64,000 nucleotides of DNA from Anaerolineae bacterium (GTDB lineage Bacteria; Chloroflexota; Anaerolineae; UBA1429): contig JBMNFN010000001.1 in assembly GCA_050949345.1 (NCBI GenBank), positions 1,083,000 to 1,146,999 on the forward strand. The letters are read 5' to 3'. Below the pieces are notes generated by a model, which worked only from the letters and a program-made list of their open reading frames with translations, was not told the origin of the DNA and did no database searches. The stretch's first letter is position 1, and each line of letters begins with the position of its first letter. Made by a program: the position numbers and the translations under genes. Positions 1 through 11,100 of this stretch are shown piece after piece.

Positions 1-45
1 CGAATTTCCAACCATCAGAACTCCTGTTCTCTTGAGGGGCGAGGG

Positions 46-1119
46 TCAGATGCGCCTGCTCCTGCGCAGAGGCCGGCCCTGACCCGGCTCGGCGCACAGT
101 TCGCCATCCTGCCACACGATACAGTTGCGCAGACGCACCGTCTGCACTCTGCCCAGCCCGGCCAGCCCTTCAAAAGGCGACCAGCCGGCCCGAGTCTTGA
201 AGCCAAACCGCGGGAGGGTGTACCGCCCTTCGGACATGTCGATGGTGACGCTACTGTCCTCCGGCGCCAGCAGTCCGTACACGCGGAGGGGCGCTGTGTG
301 CACCAGTTCCACCATGCGCTCATAGGACAGCCGACCCTCATCCACCGCCGCCAACAGGAGACAGACATTCGTCTCCAGCCCAGGCACCCCTGGGGGCGGC
401 TTGGTCCCAGCCTTTTCCTCCAGCGTGTGTGGCGCGTGGTCCGAAGCGATCATGTCCACCAGATCGAGCCTCTCCCAGAAGCGCCGCACCTGATCCGGAG
501 ACACCAGCGGAGGCTTCATGACGCCCAGAGAGCCCAACCGTACCAGCGCCTCGTCCGAGAGAAACAGGTGGTGTGGCGTGACCTCGCAGGTGGCGGCGAC
601 CCCTCGCTGGCGGGCGCTGTCGATCACGAGGAGATCGTCGGGATCGGGCACATGGCAGATGTGCAGCGCCTGGTGATATCTCTCGGCCAGGCCCAGTGCC
701 ACACGGATAGAGTGACTCTCGGCGTGCACCGCGATGGGGCCGGGCCCCGGCCAGGCCTCAAAGAGAGCATTCAGGCTGGCAGGCTCGGCATTGCGCAGAT
801 CGCCAAAGGTCTCATCGAGGTAGAGCTTGAGCCCTACCGCCATTCCCGCCATGGCGGTGAGGCCATCCAGATCCTTTCCGTCGAACCCAGCGAAAAGGCC
901 GTAGTCGGCTACGGCCTTTTTCTCAAAGAGCGCCTGTTTCGACGCCAACCTCTCGGGAGTGGTGATGGGCGGCGTGTTGTTGGGCATATCCAAAACGCCA
1001 ATCACACCGCCCGCCAGTGCCGCGACGGTGCCAGAGGTGATATCCTCCTTTTGGGTGCCGCCCGGCTCCCGCAGATGGACGTGCGCATCGATCATCCCGG
1101 GGAACGTGAGAAGGGTCAT
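46..1119 (-). CDS. pyrC: dihydroorotase-family cyclic amidohydrolase
   Basis: 357-aa ORF with MIDAHVHLREPG, DMPNNTPP and SDHAPH motifs typical of dihydroorotase. ATG at 1119 has GGAGG about 9 nt upstream. It lacks the long N-terminal adjacent domain of type I enzymes. Confidence 0.75.
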   Translation of the reverse strand: MTLLTFPGMIDAHVHLREPGGTQKEDITSGTVAALAGGVIGVLDMPNNTPPITTPERLASKQALFEKKAVADYGLFAGFDGKDLDGLTAMAGMAVGLKLYLDETFGDLRNAEPASLNALFEAWPGPGPIAVHAESHSIRVALGLAERYHQALHICHVPDPDDLLVIDSARQRGVAATCEVTPHHLFLSDEALVRLGSLGVMKPPLVSPDQVRRFWERLDLVDMIASDHAPHTLEEKAGTKPPPGVPGLETNVCLLLAAVDEGRLSYERMVELVHTAPLRVYGLLAPEDSSVTIDMSEGRYTLPRFGFKTRAGWSPFEGLAGLGRVQTVRLRNCIVWQDGELCAEPGQGRPLRRSRRI

Positions 1120-1160
1120 GCGCGCGGATGCCTCCGTTCCTGCAGATCCATATCTGCGCG

Positions 1161-1189
1161 ATTATACCATGCTGGCTCCGCCCAGCCAA
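1161..1189 (-). promoter_or_regulatory. sigma70-like promoter for the pyrC-like gene
   Basis: Minus strand: -35 TTGGCT (1189..1184), 17-nt spacer, -10 TATAAT (1166..1161), about 40 nt upstream of the ATG at 1119. Consensus match only. Confidence 0.4.
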
Positions 1190-1650
1190 TCCGAATGGTT
1201 CAGGTGCAGCCGGACGCAGAAGCAGAACCTGCCTGCAGAGAGCACCATGGACTGGAATCGACGATCGCACTGGCAGGGCCAGTGGGACGCATCCCCGGGG
1301 CTGTCTCGCCGAACGGCTTGCGGCCAATGTGCTCCAGCCCATGGCAGAACGACGATCGTCATGATGGCATGGGGTGCGAACAGGGAGAGGGGATACCCAC
1401 ACTGGTGACAGTCGGTGTGGGGTTCTATAGACGGCATGCCGGCATTGTGCCCTGAGGCGGGAAACCTGATGCGCACTACCCCCATCGCCTGCGCCCTTTC
1501 CTCAGCTCTCCCCAGAACCTGTCCACCCGCGTGCTAACGACTCGGCCAAGCCCCTGGACGTGGCGCATGCCATCTCGTTCACGCAAGTCCCCCGGTTTAC
1601 ATCCCCAGACACTGCGCCTCTCAAGCCTTTTCCGCGCGCCTTGTCCGCCT

Positions 1651-1669
1651 GGCAGTCATTCTGACTGCC
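1651..1669. promoter_or_regulatory. perfect inverted repeat, possible operator upstream of the adhesin promoter
   Basis: GGCAGTCA-ttc-TGACTGCC, 8-bp arms with a 3-nt spacer, ending 19 nt upstream of the -35 hexamer at 1689. Confidence 0.3.
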
Positions 1670-1688
1670 AAATCAGCCCTCAAAACCC

Positions 1689-1717
1689 TTGACATATCTC
1701 TCAGTTAATGTTAGATT
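1689..1717 (+). promoter_or_regulatory. sigma70-like promoter (extended -10) for the adhesin gene
   Basis: -35 TTGACA (1689..1694), 17-nt spacer, TGt extended element, -10 TAGATT (1712..1717). This implies a leader of about 445 nt before the ATG at 2170. Confidence 0.5.
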
Positions 1718-2169
1718 CACAGAGAGTTTACGGATGGCGCCGTGAGCGGTTTCCGCAGTCTTTATCTTCACGGCAGCCAAGAGCGGGCACCGTCAGCAGC
1801 ACAGCAGCGTCGGTGTGATGCACAGGCCCGAGCAAGCAAGCCCCAGACGATCCTCTGAGCGTTATTAGAGCGCCCACGCTCGCCTCTGGCTCCATCAGGC
1901 ATTCACACCACCCGCTGCAATCGAGACAAGTCGGTTGGCCGCCCTGTCCTTGAAACCCAGGCCTGGGAAAGACCAAGCGCGAACCAGGCCGATCATTCGC
2001 CTGCAGGCGCCTGCTGTGAGCTGGATACACAGCCACTGGACTCGAAACCGGTCGGTGTGAGCAACGCCTCCGTCGTACCATCACAGGGCGGCGCAATGCG
2101 TGGCCCACACCGGCGCGGTCCGGTAATTGACGGGAAAAGTGTGAGCAACCACAGGGAGAGGAAGGCAAG

Positions 2170-5100
2170 ATGAACAAATCAAGAGGTGGACGCTTTTTGT
2201 CCTGGCTGCTGGCCATGCTGCTGGTGTTGCAGCTGGTGCCAGCAGGGACCATCGCCTCCAGGGCAGAGGGGTCCTCGGCGACCTCAGAGAGTGCTGCCGC
2301 CACGGAGGAGACAGGAAGCCAGGAGCCGGTTTCAAGTCCCACGGCGGACGATCCCGCAGCCGAACCGGCTGATGAGAACCTCGAGGCGGGAGAGGCTGGT
2401 GACGAGCAGCAGCCGACAGATGCCCCTTCAGAGGAGCAGCCTGCCGATGCAGCAGCTGATGCCCCCGAGTCAGAGGATGCTGCCGAAACCGGTGAGGAGA
2501 GCGTCTCGGCAGATCCGATCGAGGAGGCTGCTGTGGCGGAGCCCGTTGAGCCTGACGCCACAGCTGAGCCAATCCCGGAAGAAGAGCCCAGCGAGCCTGT
2601 CGCCACGGTAGAGCCTGTGGAAGCGGATCCGACTCCAGCGGCCGGCGAGGCGGAACCAGTGGAGCCACCGGTGGAACCGAGCGCCACAGCAGACCCCACG
2701 GAGAGTTCGGCTGCTGCCAGCGCTGGCCCCATGCGCATCGTGATCCCCCCGGAGCCCGCTGACACGTATGTCTTTTACGACGGCGGGAACCCGCCCAGCG
2801 AGCTGCGCCGACAGACCGTGGTTGCTGGCGACACACTCATTCAGCCAGCCACCCTCCCCAGCGGAGTGGATGGATCTACCTTTCTTGGCTGGTATGCCAA
2901 CGGGACCAAGCTGGACTTTGGTGCAGAGGGCAAGCTGGTCATCACGACGGTTACCGGCGGAGCCGAGATCACCGTCACGCCCAAGTTCTCCACCGTGTAC
3001 CACGTTACCTTTTTCGACGAGGACAACATCACAGTCTTGTCCCGTCGTCCGGTAGAACTGGCAGAGGGCGCGACCTCCGGCACGCTGGCCTTTGACGACT
3101 TGACCGTATCCTCAACCAACCCTTACAAAGAGTTTGCCTATTGGGCGACCGCTCCGGATGGTGGTACGCGGGTCGACAGCCCGGTTACCGTAACCGGCGA
3201 CTTGGATCTCTACCCGGTGTTCAGCACTGGATACTGGATCACCTTTGACGCCAACCGCACCCCTGCCATGAGCGGCGTCAACGTGGACTATACGCCGCCT
3301 CAATTCGTGCGCGAGGGCGAGGCTACGGTTGCCCCCGTAACGCCCAACAGTTCCAGCCCTGCCTTTGTATTTGCAGGCTGGTATACCGACGCCGCCTGCA
3401 CGCAGCCCTATACCTTTGGCGGCACGATCAGCGCGAACCTGACGCTTTACGCCAGCTGGACAGAGACAGAGGTGCCCTTCAAGATCGTCGTTTGGACACA
3501 GGATGTCAGCGATGACAAGGACGCCTCTGATGCCAACAAGACCTATAACTCGTACGCGGTGTATGACAGTAACCTGTACGACTTCTTAAAGGCCGCGGCA
3601 GGCAGCACGGTGTCGTTGTCTCAGAATGCAGGGGGCAACTACTATTACCAGTCGGGCGGCGACTATGTGAATATCGCCACACCGGCGGGTCGCTTTGTGC
3701 TGAACACGGCCAAATCCAACACCTCGGCCACTGTGGCTGCGGACGGCAGCACCACGCTGAGCCTGTACTATGACCGCAGCCTGTTGACGATCCACTTTTA
3801 TGCGAATGGTCACGCCGGCCAGGGAGCGGTGACCCAGGACTTTACCGGTCTGTACGGCCAGACACTGGCGGAAAACGGCTACACCTGGCCAGCCGTCCCC
3901 GGGCTGAAATGGACCACCACGACTACCGGTGGGACCACCGCCACCTTCCTGGATTCCTTTAACTTTGATGAGTGGAGCGAGGCCACCAACAACCGAACCG
4001 TCTTGAGTCTGTATGCCAACAACGATAATGGAACCAAGACGATCAATCACTTTCAGCAGAACCTGGATGGGGTCACTTATCCGACTACCCCTGCCAACAC
4101 GTCGTCCGGCGGCGGCACCTTTAACATCAGCAACAAGTACACGGGTTTCACCGCGGCGTGGTACCGGGTGAACAACGGGGCCTGGCGGCAGGCAGTGGCC
4201 GGCGTCACCACGGTGCCAAACTATAACACTCTCGATATCCGTTACACCCGCAACAGCTACACCGTTGACTTTTACGACGGCAATCAGCGTTTGGCTGACC
4301 TGCAGATGACCAAGCTGTTCCAGGCGCCTTTGGCCGATGTGGGCAGCGTGGTGACCGATCCCGCCAACCCGGCGCAATACACCTTTGGTGGCTGGGCCTG
4401 GGTGGACGGTATCACCAACCCGGAGCAGGCCATCGACTTTACGTCCATGACCATGCCCCCCAACAACTTGACGGTGTATGCCATCTGGGTGCCCGTGGCC
4501 TATCACGTGGTGCTCGATGTCAACGGCGGCACCATGGACCCGGCGCAGGCCACCAGCTTCTGGCCCAACTATGGCGAAAAGATCGACGGCACCTGGATGA
4601 ACCAGGCCACCAAGGCGCGTTACGTCCTGGTGGGTTGGTACTCTAACCATGGTGCGGGCACGGCGTGGAACTTTGGCAACGGCATCACCGCTGCACTCTG
4701 CGATGAGGGCCCCACCTACGATCCGGACTATCAGAACTACTATTACACCGTCTATCTGACCGCCAAGTGGCGGCTCAACGAGACGATCTCGATCAACTAT
4801 GTTCTGCCCGAGGGCGGAACCGGCACCTTTGTGGATCCACAGCGCTATGTGCAGGATGGATCTGCAACCATCCTCGACGATATGCCCGGGCACACCAATG
4901 AGAACTATCAGTTTTCCGGTTGGCTGGACGCACAGGGAAATCTCTACCAGCCTGGCGACACGATCACCCTGACCGAGGACCTGATCGAGACCGAAGTGGG
5001 CCAGACGCCCACGGTGACACTGATCGCCCAGTTCACGACCAAAGTGCCCACAGCCACCATCACGTATCGCCCCAACGGCGGTGATGGATCGGACCTGCTG

Positions 5101-6036
5101 ACCGGGCCGTACGTTTGGAACGAGAGCGTCGCGCTCAACGGTGACACAACCTTTACCCGGTCAGGCTACAAGCTGATCGGCTGGAACAGTGACCAGGCAG
5201 CCGCCAGCAGCGGTGTGGTGGAATTCGCCTGTGGTGCCAGCGCCCTGGTGAGCGCCATGGGCACCACACTGGACGAAGGTCTGGTGGGCAACAACGACCT
5301 GTATGCCGTGTGGACCCCCGTGCTCACGGTAACCTCCGGGAGCCAGTCGTGGACATACGACGGCAGCAGTCACACCTACCAGCAGTACACGCTGCTGTAT
5401 GGGGATGAGACGATTTCAGGGGCGGAAGGTACAACGTCGTTTACCCTGAGTGATGGCATTGTTGTGACCATCACCCCCACTGGCAGCGGCGCCGCGGGTG
5501 TCACCAACGTGGCCGACAGCGCCTCCAATAACAACACCTTTAGCGTGTCGGCCTCTGCGCCCATCGAACAGGGAACCCATGTGATGGGCACCCTCACCAT
5601 CACCAAGCGGGCCGTGACGCTCACCAGCGCCACCGACTCTAAAGTTTACGATGGTACCGCCCTCACCAACAGCACCGTGACCGTCTCCGGCGACGGTCTT
5701 GCAGACGGTGAAGGCGCCACCTGGGACGTGACCGGTACCCAGACCGAGGTCGGCACCTCCAACAACACCTTTACCTATACCCTCAACGAGGGCACCCTCG
5801 CCGAGAACTATGACATCACCACCGTCGAGGGCACCTTGACTGTGACGGCTCTCACCGACACCGTGACCGTCACCATCACCGAGAACAGCGGCACCGAGTT
5901 GTATGACGGCTCTGAGAAGACGGTGACCGGTTACACGGTCGCCATCGACAACCCGCTCTACACCGAGGCTGACTTTAGAGAAGACGGTGACGGGCTATAC
6001 GGTCGCCATCGACAACCCGCTCTACACCGAGGCTGA
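2170..6036 (+). CDS. giant cell-surface repeat adhesin, N-terminal fragment (frame broken by a 64-nt duplication)
   Basis: Signal peptide MNKSRGGRFLSWLLAMLLVLQLVPAG, then an acidic P/E/A-rich linker. At least six Listeria-Bacteroides-type repeats follow (F.GW ... LYA[SVI]W signatures), then YDG/MBG-like modules. The frame stops at 6036 only because of the duplication at 5914..6040. Confidence 0.85.
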   Translation: MNKSRGGRFLSWLLAMLLVLQLVPAGTIASRAEGSSATSESAAATEETGSQEPVSSPTADDPAAEPADENLEAGEAGDEQQPTDAPSEEQPADAAADAPESEDAAETGEESVSADPIEEAAVAEPVEPDATAEPIPEEEPSEPVATVEPVEADPTPAAGEAEPVEPPVEPSATADPTESSAAASAGPMRIVIPPEPADTYVFYDGGNPPSELRRQTVVAGDTLIQPATLPSGVDGSTFLGWYANGTKLDFGAEGKLVITTVTGGAEITVTPKFSTVYHVTFFDEDNITVLSRRPVELAEGATSGTLAFDDLTVSSTNPYKEFAYWATAPDGGTRVDSPVTVTGDLDLYPVFSTGYWITFDANRTPAMSGVNVDYTPPQFVREGEATVAPVTPNSSSPAFVFAGWYTDAACTQPYTFGGTISANLTLYASWTETEVPFKIVVWTQDVSDDKDASDANKTYNSYAVYDSNLYDFLKAAAGSTVSLSQNAGGNYYYQSGGDYVNIATPAGRFVLNTAKSNTSATVAADGSTTLSLYYDRSLLTIHFYANGHAGQGAVTQDFTGLYGQTLAENGYTWPAVPGLKWTTTTTGGTTATFLDSFNFDEWSEATNNRTVLSLYANNDNGTKTINHFQQNLDGVTYPTTPANTSSGGGTFNISNKYTGFTAAWYRVNNGAWRQAVAGVTTVPNYNTLDIRYTRNSYTVDFYDGNQRLADLQMTKLFQAPLADVGSVVTDPANPAQYTFGGWAWVDGITNPEQAIDFTSMTMPPNNLTVYAIWVPVAYHVVLDVNGGTMDPAQATSFWPNYGEKIDGTWMNQATKARYVLVGWYSNHGAGTAWNFGNGITAALCDEGPTYDPDYQNYYYTVYLTAKWRLNETISINYVLPEGGTGTFVDPQRYVQDGSATILDDMPGHTNENYQFSGWLDAQGNLYQPGDTITLTEDLIETEVGQTPTVTLIAQFTTKVPTATITYRPNGGDGSDLLTGPYVWNESVALNGDTTFTRSGYKLIGWNSDQAAASSGVVEFACGASALVSAMGTTLDEGLVGNNDLYAVWTPVLTVTSGSQSWTYDGSSHTYQQYTLLYGDETISGAEGTTSFTLSDGIVVTITPTGSGAAGVTNVADSASNNNTFSVSASAPIEQGTHVMGTLTITKRAVTLTSATDSKVYDGTALTNSTVTVSGDGLADGEGATWDVTGTQTEVGTSNNTFTYTLNEGTLAENYDITTVEGTLTVTALTDTVTVTITENSGTELYDGSEKTVTGYTVAIDNPLYTEADFREDGDGLYGRHRQPALHRG

Positions 6037-9000
6037 CTTTACCTTCTCCGGTGATGCCACGGTCAGCGGCACCAATGCCGGTACCTATGACATGGCGCTG
6101 TCCGCGGATGACTTTTCCAACATCAGCGCCAACTTTGCCAACGTCACCTTTGTGATCGTGGACGGCTCCCTCACCATGACCAAACGCGCCGTGACGCTCA
6201 CCAGCGCCACCGACTCCAAGGTGTACGACGGAACACCGTTGACGAATCCAACAGTGACCGTCTCCGGCGACGGCTTTGCCACCGGCGAAGGCGCCGCCTG
6301 GGATGTGACCGGTACCCAGACCGAGGTCGGCACCTCCGACAACACCTTTACCTATACCCTCAACGAGGGCACCCTCGCCCAGAACTATGACATCACCACC
6401 GTCGAGGGCACCCTGACTGTGACGGCTCTCACCGATACCGTGACCGTCACCATCACCGAGAACAGCGGCACCGAGTTGTATGACGGCTCTGAGAAGACGG
6501 TGACCGGTTACACGGTCGCCATCGACAACCCGCTCTACACCGAGGCTGACTTTACCTTCTCCGGTGATGCCACGGTCAGCGGTACCAATGCCGGTACCTA
6601 TGACATGGCGCTGTCCGCGGATGACTTTTCCAACATCAGCGCCAACTTTGCCAACGTCACCTTTGTGATCGTGGACGGCTCCCTCACCATCACCAAACGC
6701 GCCGTGACGCTCACCAGCGCCACTGACTCTAAAGTTTACGACGGAACACCGTTGACGAATCCAACAGTGACCGTCTCCGGCGACGGCTTTGCCACCGGCG
6801 AAGGCGCCGCCTGGGATGTGACCGGTACCCAGACCGAGGTCGGCACCTCCGACAACACCTTTACCTATACCCTCAACGAGGGCACCCTCGCCGAGAACTA
6901 TGACATCACCACCGTCGAGGGCACCCTGACTGTGACGGCTCTCACCGATACCGTGACCGTCACCATCACCGAGAACAGCGGCACCGAGTTGTATGACGGC
7001 TCTGAGAAGACGGTGACCGGCTATACGGTCGCCATCGACAACCCGCTCTACACCGAGGCTGACTTTACCTTCTCCGGTGATGCCACGGTCAGCGGCACCA
7101 ATGCCGGTACCTATGACATGGCGCTGTCCGCGGATGACTTTTCCAACATCAGCGCCAACTTTGCCAACGTCACCTTTGTGATCGTGGACGGCTCCCTCAC
7201 CATCACCAAGCGCGCCGTGACGCTCACCAGCGCCACCGACTCCAAGATGTACGACGGAACACCGTTGACGAATCCAACAGTGACCGTCTCCGGCGATGGC
7301 TTTGCCACCGGCGAAGGCGCCGCCTGGGACGTGATCGGTACCCAGACCGAGGTCGGCACCTCCGACAACACCTTTACCTATACCCTCAACGAGGGCACCC
7401 TCGCCGAGAACTATGACATCACCACCGTCGAGGGCACCTTGACTGTGACGGCTCTCACCGATACCGTGACCGTCACCATCACCGAGAACAGCGGCACCGA
7501 GTTGTATGACGGCTCTGAGAAGACGGTGACCGGTTACACGGTCGCCATCGACAACCCGCTCTACACCGAGGCTGACTTTACCTTCTCCGGTGATGCCACG
7601 GTCAGCGGTACCAATGCCGGTACCTATGACATGGCGCTGTCCGCGGATGACTTTTCCAACATCAGCGCCAACTTTGCCAACGTCACCTTTGTGATCGTGG
7701 ACGGCTCCCTCACCATCACCAAGCGCGCCGTGACGCTCACCAGCGCCACTGACTCTAAAGTTTACGATGGAACACCGTTGACGAATCCAACAGTGACCGT
7801 CTCCGGCGACGGCTTTGCCACCGGCGAAGGCGCCGCCTGGGATGTGACCGGTACCCAGACCGAGGTCGGCACCTCCGACAACACCTTTACCTATACCCTC
7901 AACGAGGGCACCCTCGCCGAGAACTATGACATCACCACCGTCGAGGGCACCCTGACTGTGACGGCTCTCACCGATACCGTGACCGTCACCATCACCGAGA
8001 ACAGCGGCACCGAGTTGTATGACGGCTCTGAGAAGACGGTGACCGGCTATACGGTCGCCATCGACAACCCGCTCTACACCGAGGCTGACTTTACCTTCTC
8101 CGGTGATGCCACGGTCAGCGGCACCAATGCCGGTACCTATGACATGGCGCTGTCCGCGGATGACTTTTCCAACATCAGCGCCAACTTTGCCAACGTCACC
8201 TTTGTGATCGTGGACGGCTCCCTCACCATCACCAAGCGCGCCGTGACGCTCACCAGCGCCACCGACTCCAAGATGTACGACGGAACACCGTTGACGAATC
8301 CAACAGTGACCGTCTCCGGCGATGGCTTTGCCACCGGCGAAGGCGCCGCCTGGGACGTGATCGGTACCCAGACCGAGGTCGGCACCTCCGACAACACCTT
8401 TACCTATACCCTCAACGAGGGCACCCTCGCCGATAACTATGACATCACCACCGTCGAGGGCACCCTGACTGTGACGGCTCTCACCGACACCGTGACCGTC
8501 ACCATCACCGAGAACAGCGGCACCGAGCTGTACGACGGCTCTGAGAAGACGGTGACAGGCTATACGGTCGCCATCGACAACCCGCTCTACACCGAGGCTG
8601 ACTTTACCTTCTCCGGTGATGCCACGGTCAGCGGCACCAATGCCGGTACCTATGACATGGCGCTGTCCGCGGATGACTTTTCCAACATCAGCGCCAACTT
8701 TGCCAACGTCACCTTTGTGATCGTGGACGGCTCCCTCACCATCACCAAGCGCGCCGTGACGCTCACCAGCGCCACCGACTCCAAGATGTACGACGGAACA
8801 CCGTTGACGAATCCAACAGTGACCGTCTCCGGCGATGGCTTTGCCACCGGCGAAGGCGCCGCCTGGGACGTGATCGGTACCCAGACCGAGGTCGGCACCT
8901 CCAACAACACCTTTACCTATACCCTCAACGAGGGCACCCTCGCCGATAACTATGACATCACCACCGTCGAGGGCACCCTGACTGTGACGGCTCTCACCGA

Positions 9001-11100
9001 CACCGTGACCGTCACCATCACCGAGAACAGCGGCACCGAGCTGTACGACGGCTCTGAGAAGACGGTGACAGGCTATACGGTCGCCATCGACAACCCGCTC
9101 TACACCGAGGCTGACTTTACCTTCTCCGGTGATGCCACGGTCAGCGGCACCAATGCCGGTACCTATGACATGGCGCTGTCCCCTGATGACTTTTCCAACA
9201 TCAGCGCCAACTTTGCCAACGTCACCTTTGTGATCGTGGACGACACCCTCACCATCACCAAGCGCGCCGTGACGCTCACCAGCGCCACCGACTCTAAAGT
9301 TTACGATGGTACCGCCCTCACCAACAGCACCGTGACCGTCTCCGGCGACGGTTTTGCAGACGGTGAAGGCGCCACCTGGGACGTGATCGGTACCCAGACC
9401 GAGGTCGGCACCTCCAACAACACCTTTACCTATACCCTCAACGAGGGCACCCTCGCCGATAACTATGACATCACGACCGTCGAGGGCACCCTGGAAGTAA
9501 CCCCGGTTACTGATCTGGTAACGGTGACCATCACCGAGAACAGCGGCACCGAGTTGTATGACGGCTCTGAGAAGACGGTGACCGGTTACACGGTCGCCAT
9601 CGACAACCCGCTCTACACCGAGGCTGACTTTACCTTCTCCGGTGATGCCACGGTCAGCGGCACCAACGCCGGTACCTATGACATGGCGCTGTCCGCGGAT
9701 GACTTTTCCAACATCAGCGCCAACTTTGCCAACGTCACCTTTGTGATCGTGGACGGCTCCCTCACCATCACCAAACGCGCCGTGACGCTCACCAGCGCCA
9801 CCGACTCTAAAGTTTACGATGGTACCGCCCTCACCAACAGCACCGTGACCGTCTCCGGCGATGGCTTTGCCACCGGCGAAGGCGCTACCTGGGACGTGAC
9901 CGGTACCCAGACCGAGGTCGGCACCTCCAACAACACCTTTACCTACACCCTCAACGAGGGCACCCTCGCCCAGAACTATGACATCACCACCGTCGAGGGC
10001 ACCCTGGAGGTGACCCCGGTTACCGATCTGGTAACGGTGACCATCACGGGCAACAACGGTACCGAAAAGTACGATGGACTCCCGAAGACAGTGAGCGGTT
10101 ACACGGTGGACATCTCCAACCCGCTCTATACCGAGGCTGACTATACCTTCTCGGGCATCGATTCGGTGAATGGGCTCAACGTGGCCACCTATCTGATGGG
10201 CCTGGCCGCTGCCGACTTTGCCAACATCAGCCCGAACTTTACCAATGTCGAGTTCGTCGTCGTGGACGGTGCCCTGCACATCACCAAACGGGTCGTGACG
10301 CTCACCAGCGCCACCGACTCCAAGGTGTACGACGGAACACCTCTGACGAATCCCACAGTGACGATCGGCGGCGACGGTTTTGCAGACGGTGAAGGCGCTA
10401 CCTTTGACGTCACCGGCAGTCAGACCAGAGTCGGTTCGTCCAGCAACTCTTTTACCTACATGCTCAACGGTGACACGGTCTCTTATCCGCTGAACAACAG
10501 TCCCCTCGCCTATGTGCTGGCCGCCAGCACCCTGGCTGGGAACTATGACATCACCGTGATAGAGGGCACACTCACCGTTACCCCCGTGACGGACGTGGTC
10601 ACTGTGACGATCACGGGGAACAGCGGTAGCGCCATGTACGATGGAACGGTCAAGACGGTGACCGGCTATACGGTTACGATCGACAACCCGCTCTATACCG
10701 AGGCAGACTTTACCTTCTCGGGCACTGACGCGGTGAGTGCGACCAACGCTGGAAGCTACCCCATGGGGCTGACAGCAGATGCATTTGCCAACAACAATCC
10801 GAACTTTGCCAACGTCAGCTTTGTGATCGTGGACGGCGGCCTGGAGATCACCAGACGCGCAGTGACCCTCACCAGTGCGACGGACAACAAAGTGTACGAC
10901 GGAACACCGTTGATGAACCCGGGCGTGGCGGTCAGTGGCGACGGCTTTGCCAATGGCGACGGTGCGCTCTACGATGTGACCGGCTCTCAGACAGAGGTCG
11001 GCACCAGCAAGAACACCTTTAGCTACAGCCTGAGTGCAAACACACTGGCCAGCAACTATGTGATCACCCGCGTGGAGGGTACGCTGACGGTGACGGAGGC
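5599..11100 (+). repeat. coding tandem array of 513-bp units (9 near-identical, then about 1.5 diverged) with a 1026-bp higher-order duplication
   Basis: The I/M-TKRAVTLTS codon recurs at 5599, 6176 (=+513+64), 6689, 7202, 7715, 8228, 8741, 9254, 9767, 10280 and 10847 (=+513+54). Antisense ORFs recur at 1026/1026/513-nt spacing. Units 6689-7714 and 7715-8740 share the same V-type/M-type variant order. Confidence 0.95.

Noticed and set aside
1-15. Possible start of the next minus-strand gene (ATG at 15..13 with GGAG 5 nt upstream)
   Set aside because: Only five codons are inside the window, which is too little to support a feature call.
1724-2169. c-di-GMP riboswitch (GEMM-I/II) in the adhesin leader
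   Set aside because: Only vague resemblance (CACAGG...GCAAGCAAGCC). The conserved GGCAAACC / GACGCAAAGCC cores and the tetraloop-receptor architecture are not present by eye. It needs a covariance-model scan before any claim.
1728-2836. Antisense ORFs (345 aa and 251 aa) overlapping the adhesin 5' region
   Set aside because: These are S/G/A/P-rich mirror images of the acidic P/E/A linker on the sense strand. They have no SD and they run into the predicted promoter and leader.
5599-11100. Could the regular repeat array be a CRISPR array or satellite?
   Set aside because: The units are 513 bp, directly abutting with no unique spacers, and in frame within a protein. There are no cas genes in the window.
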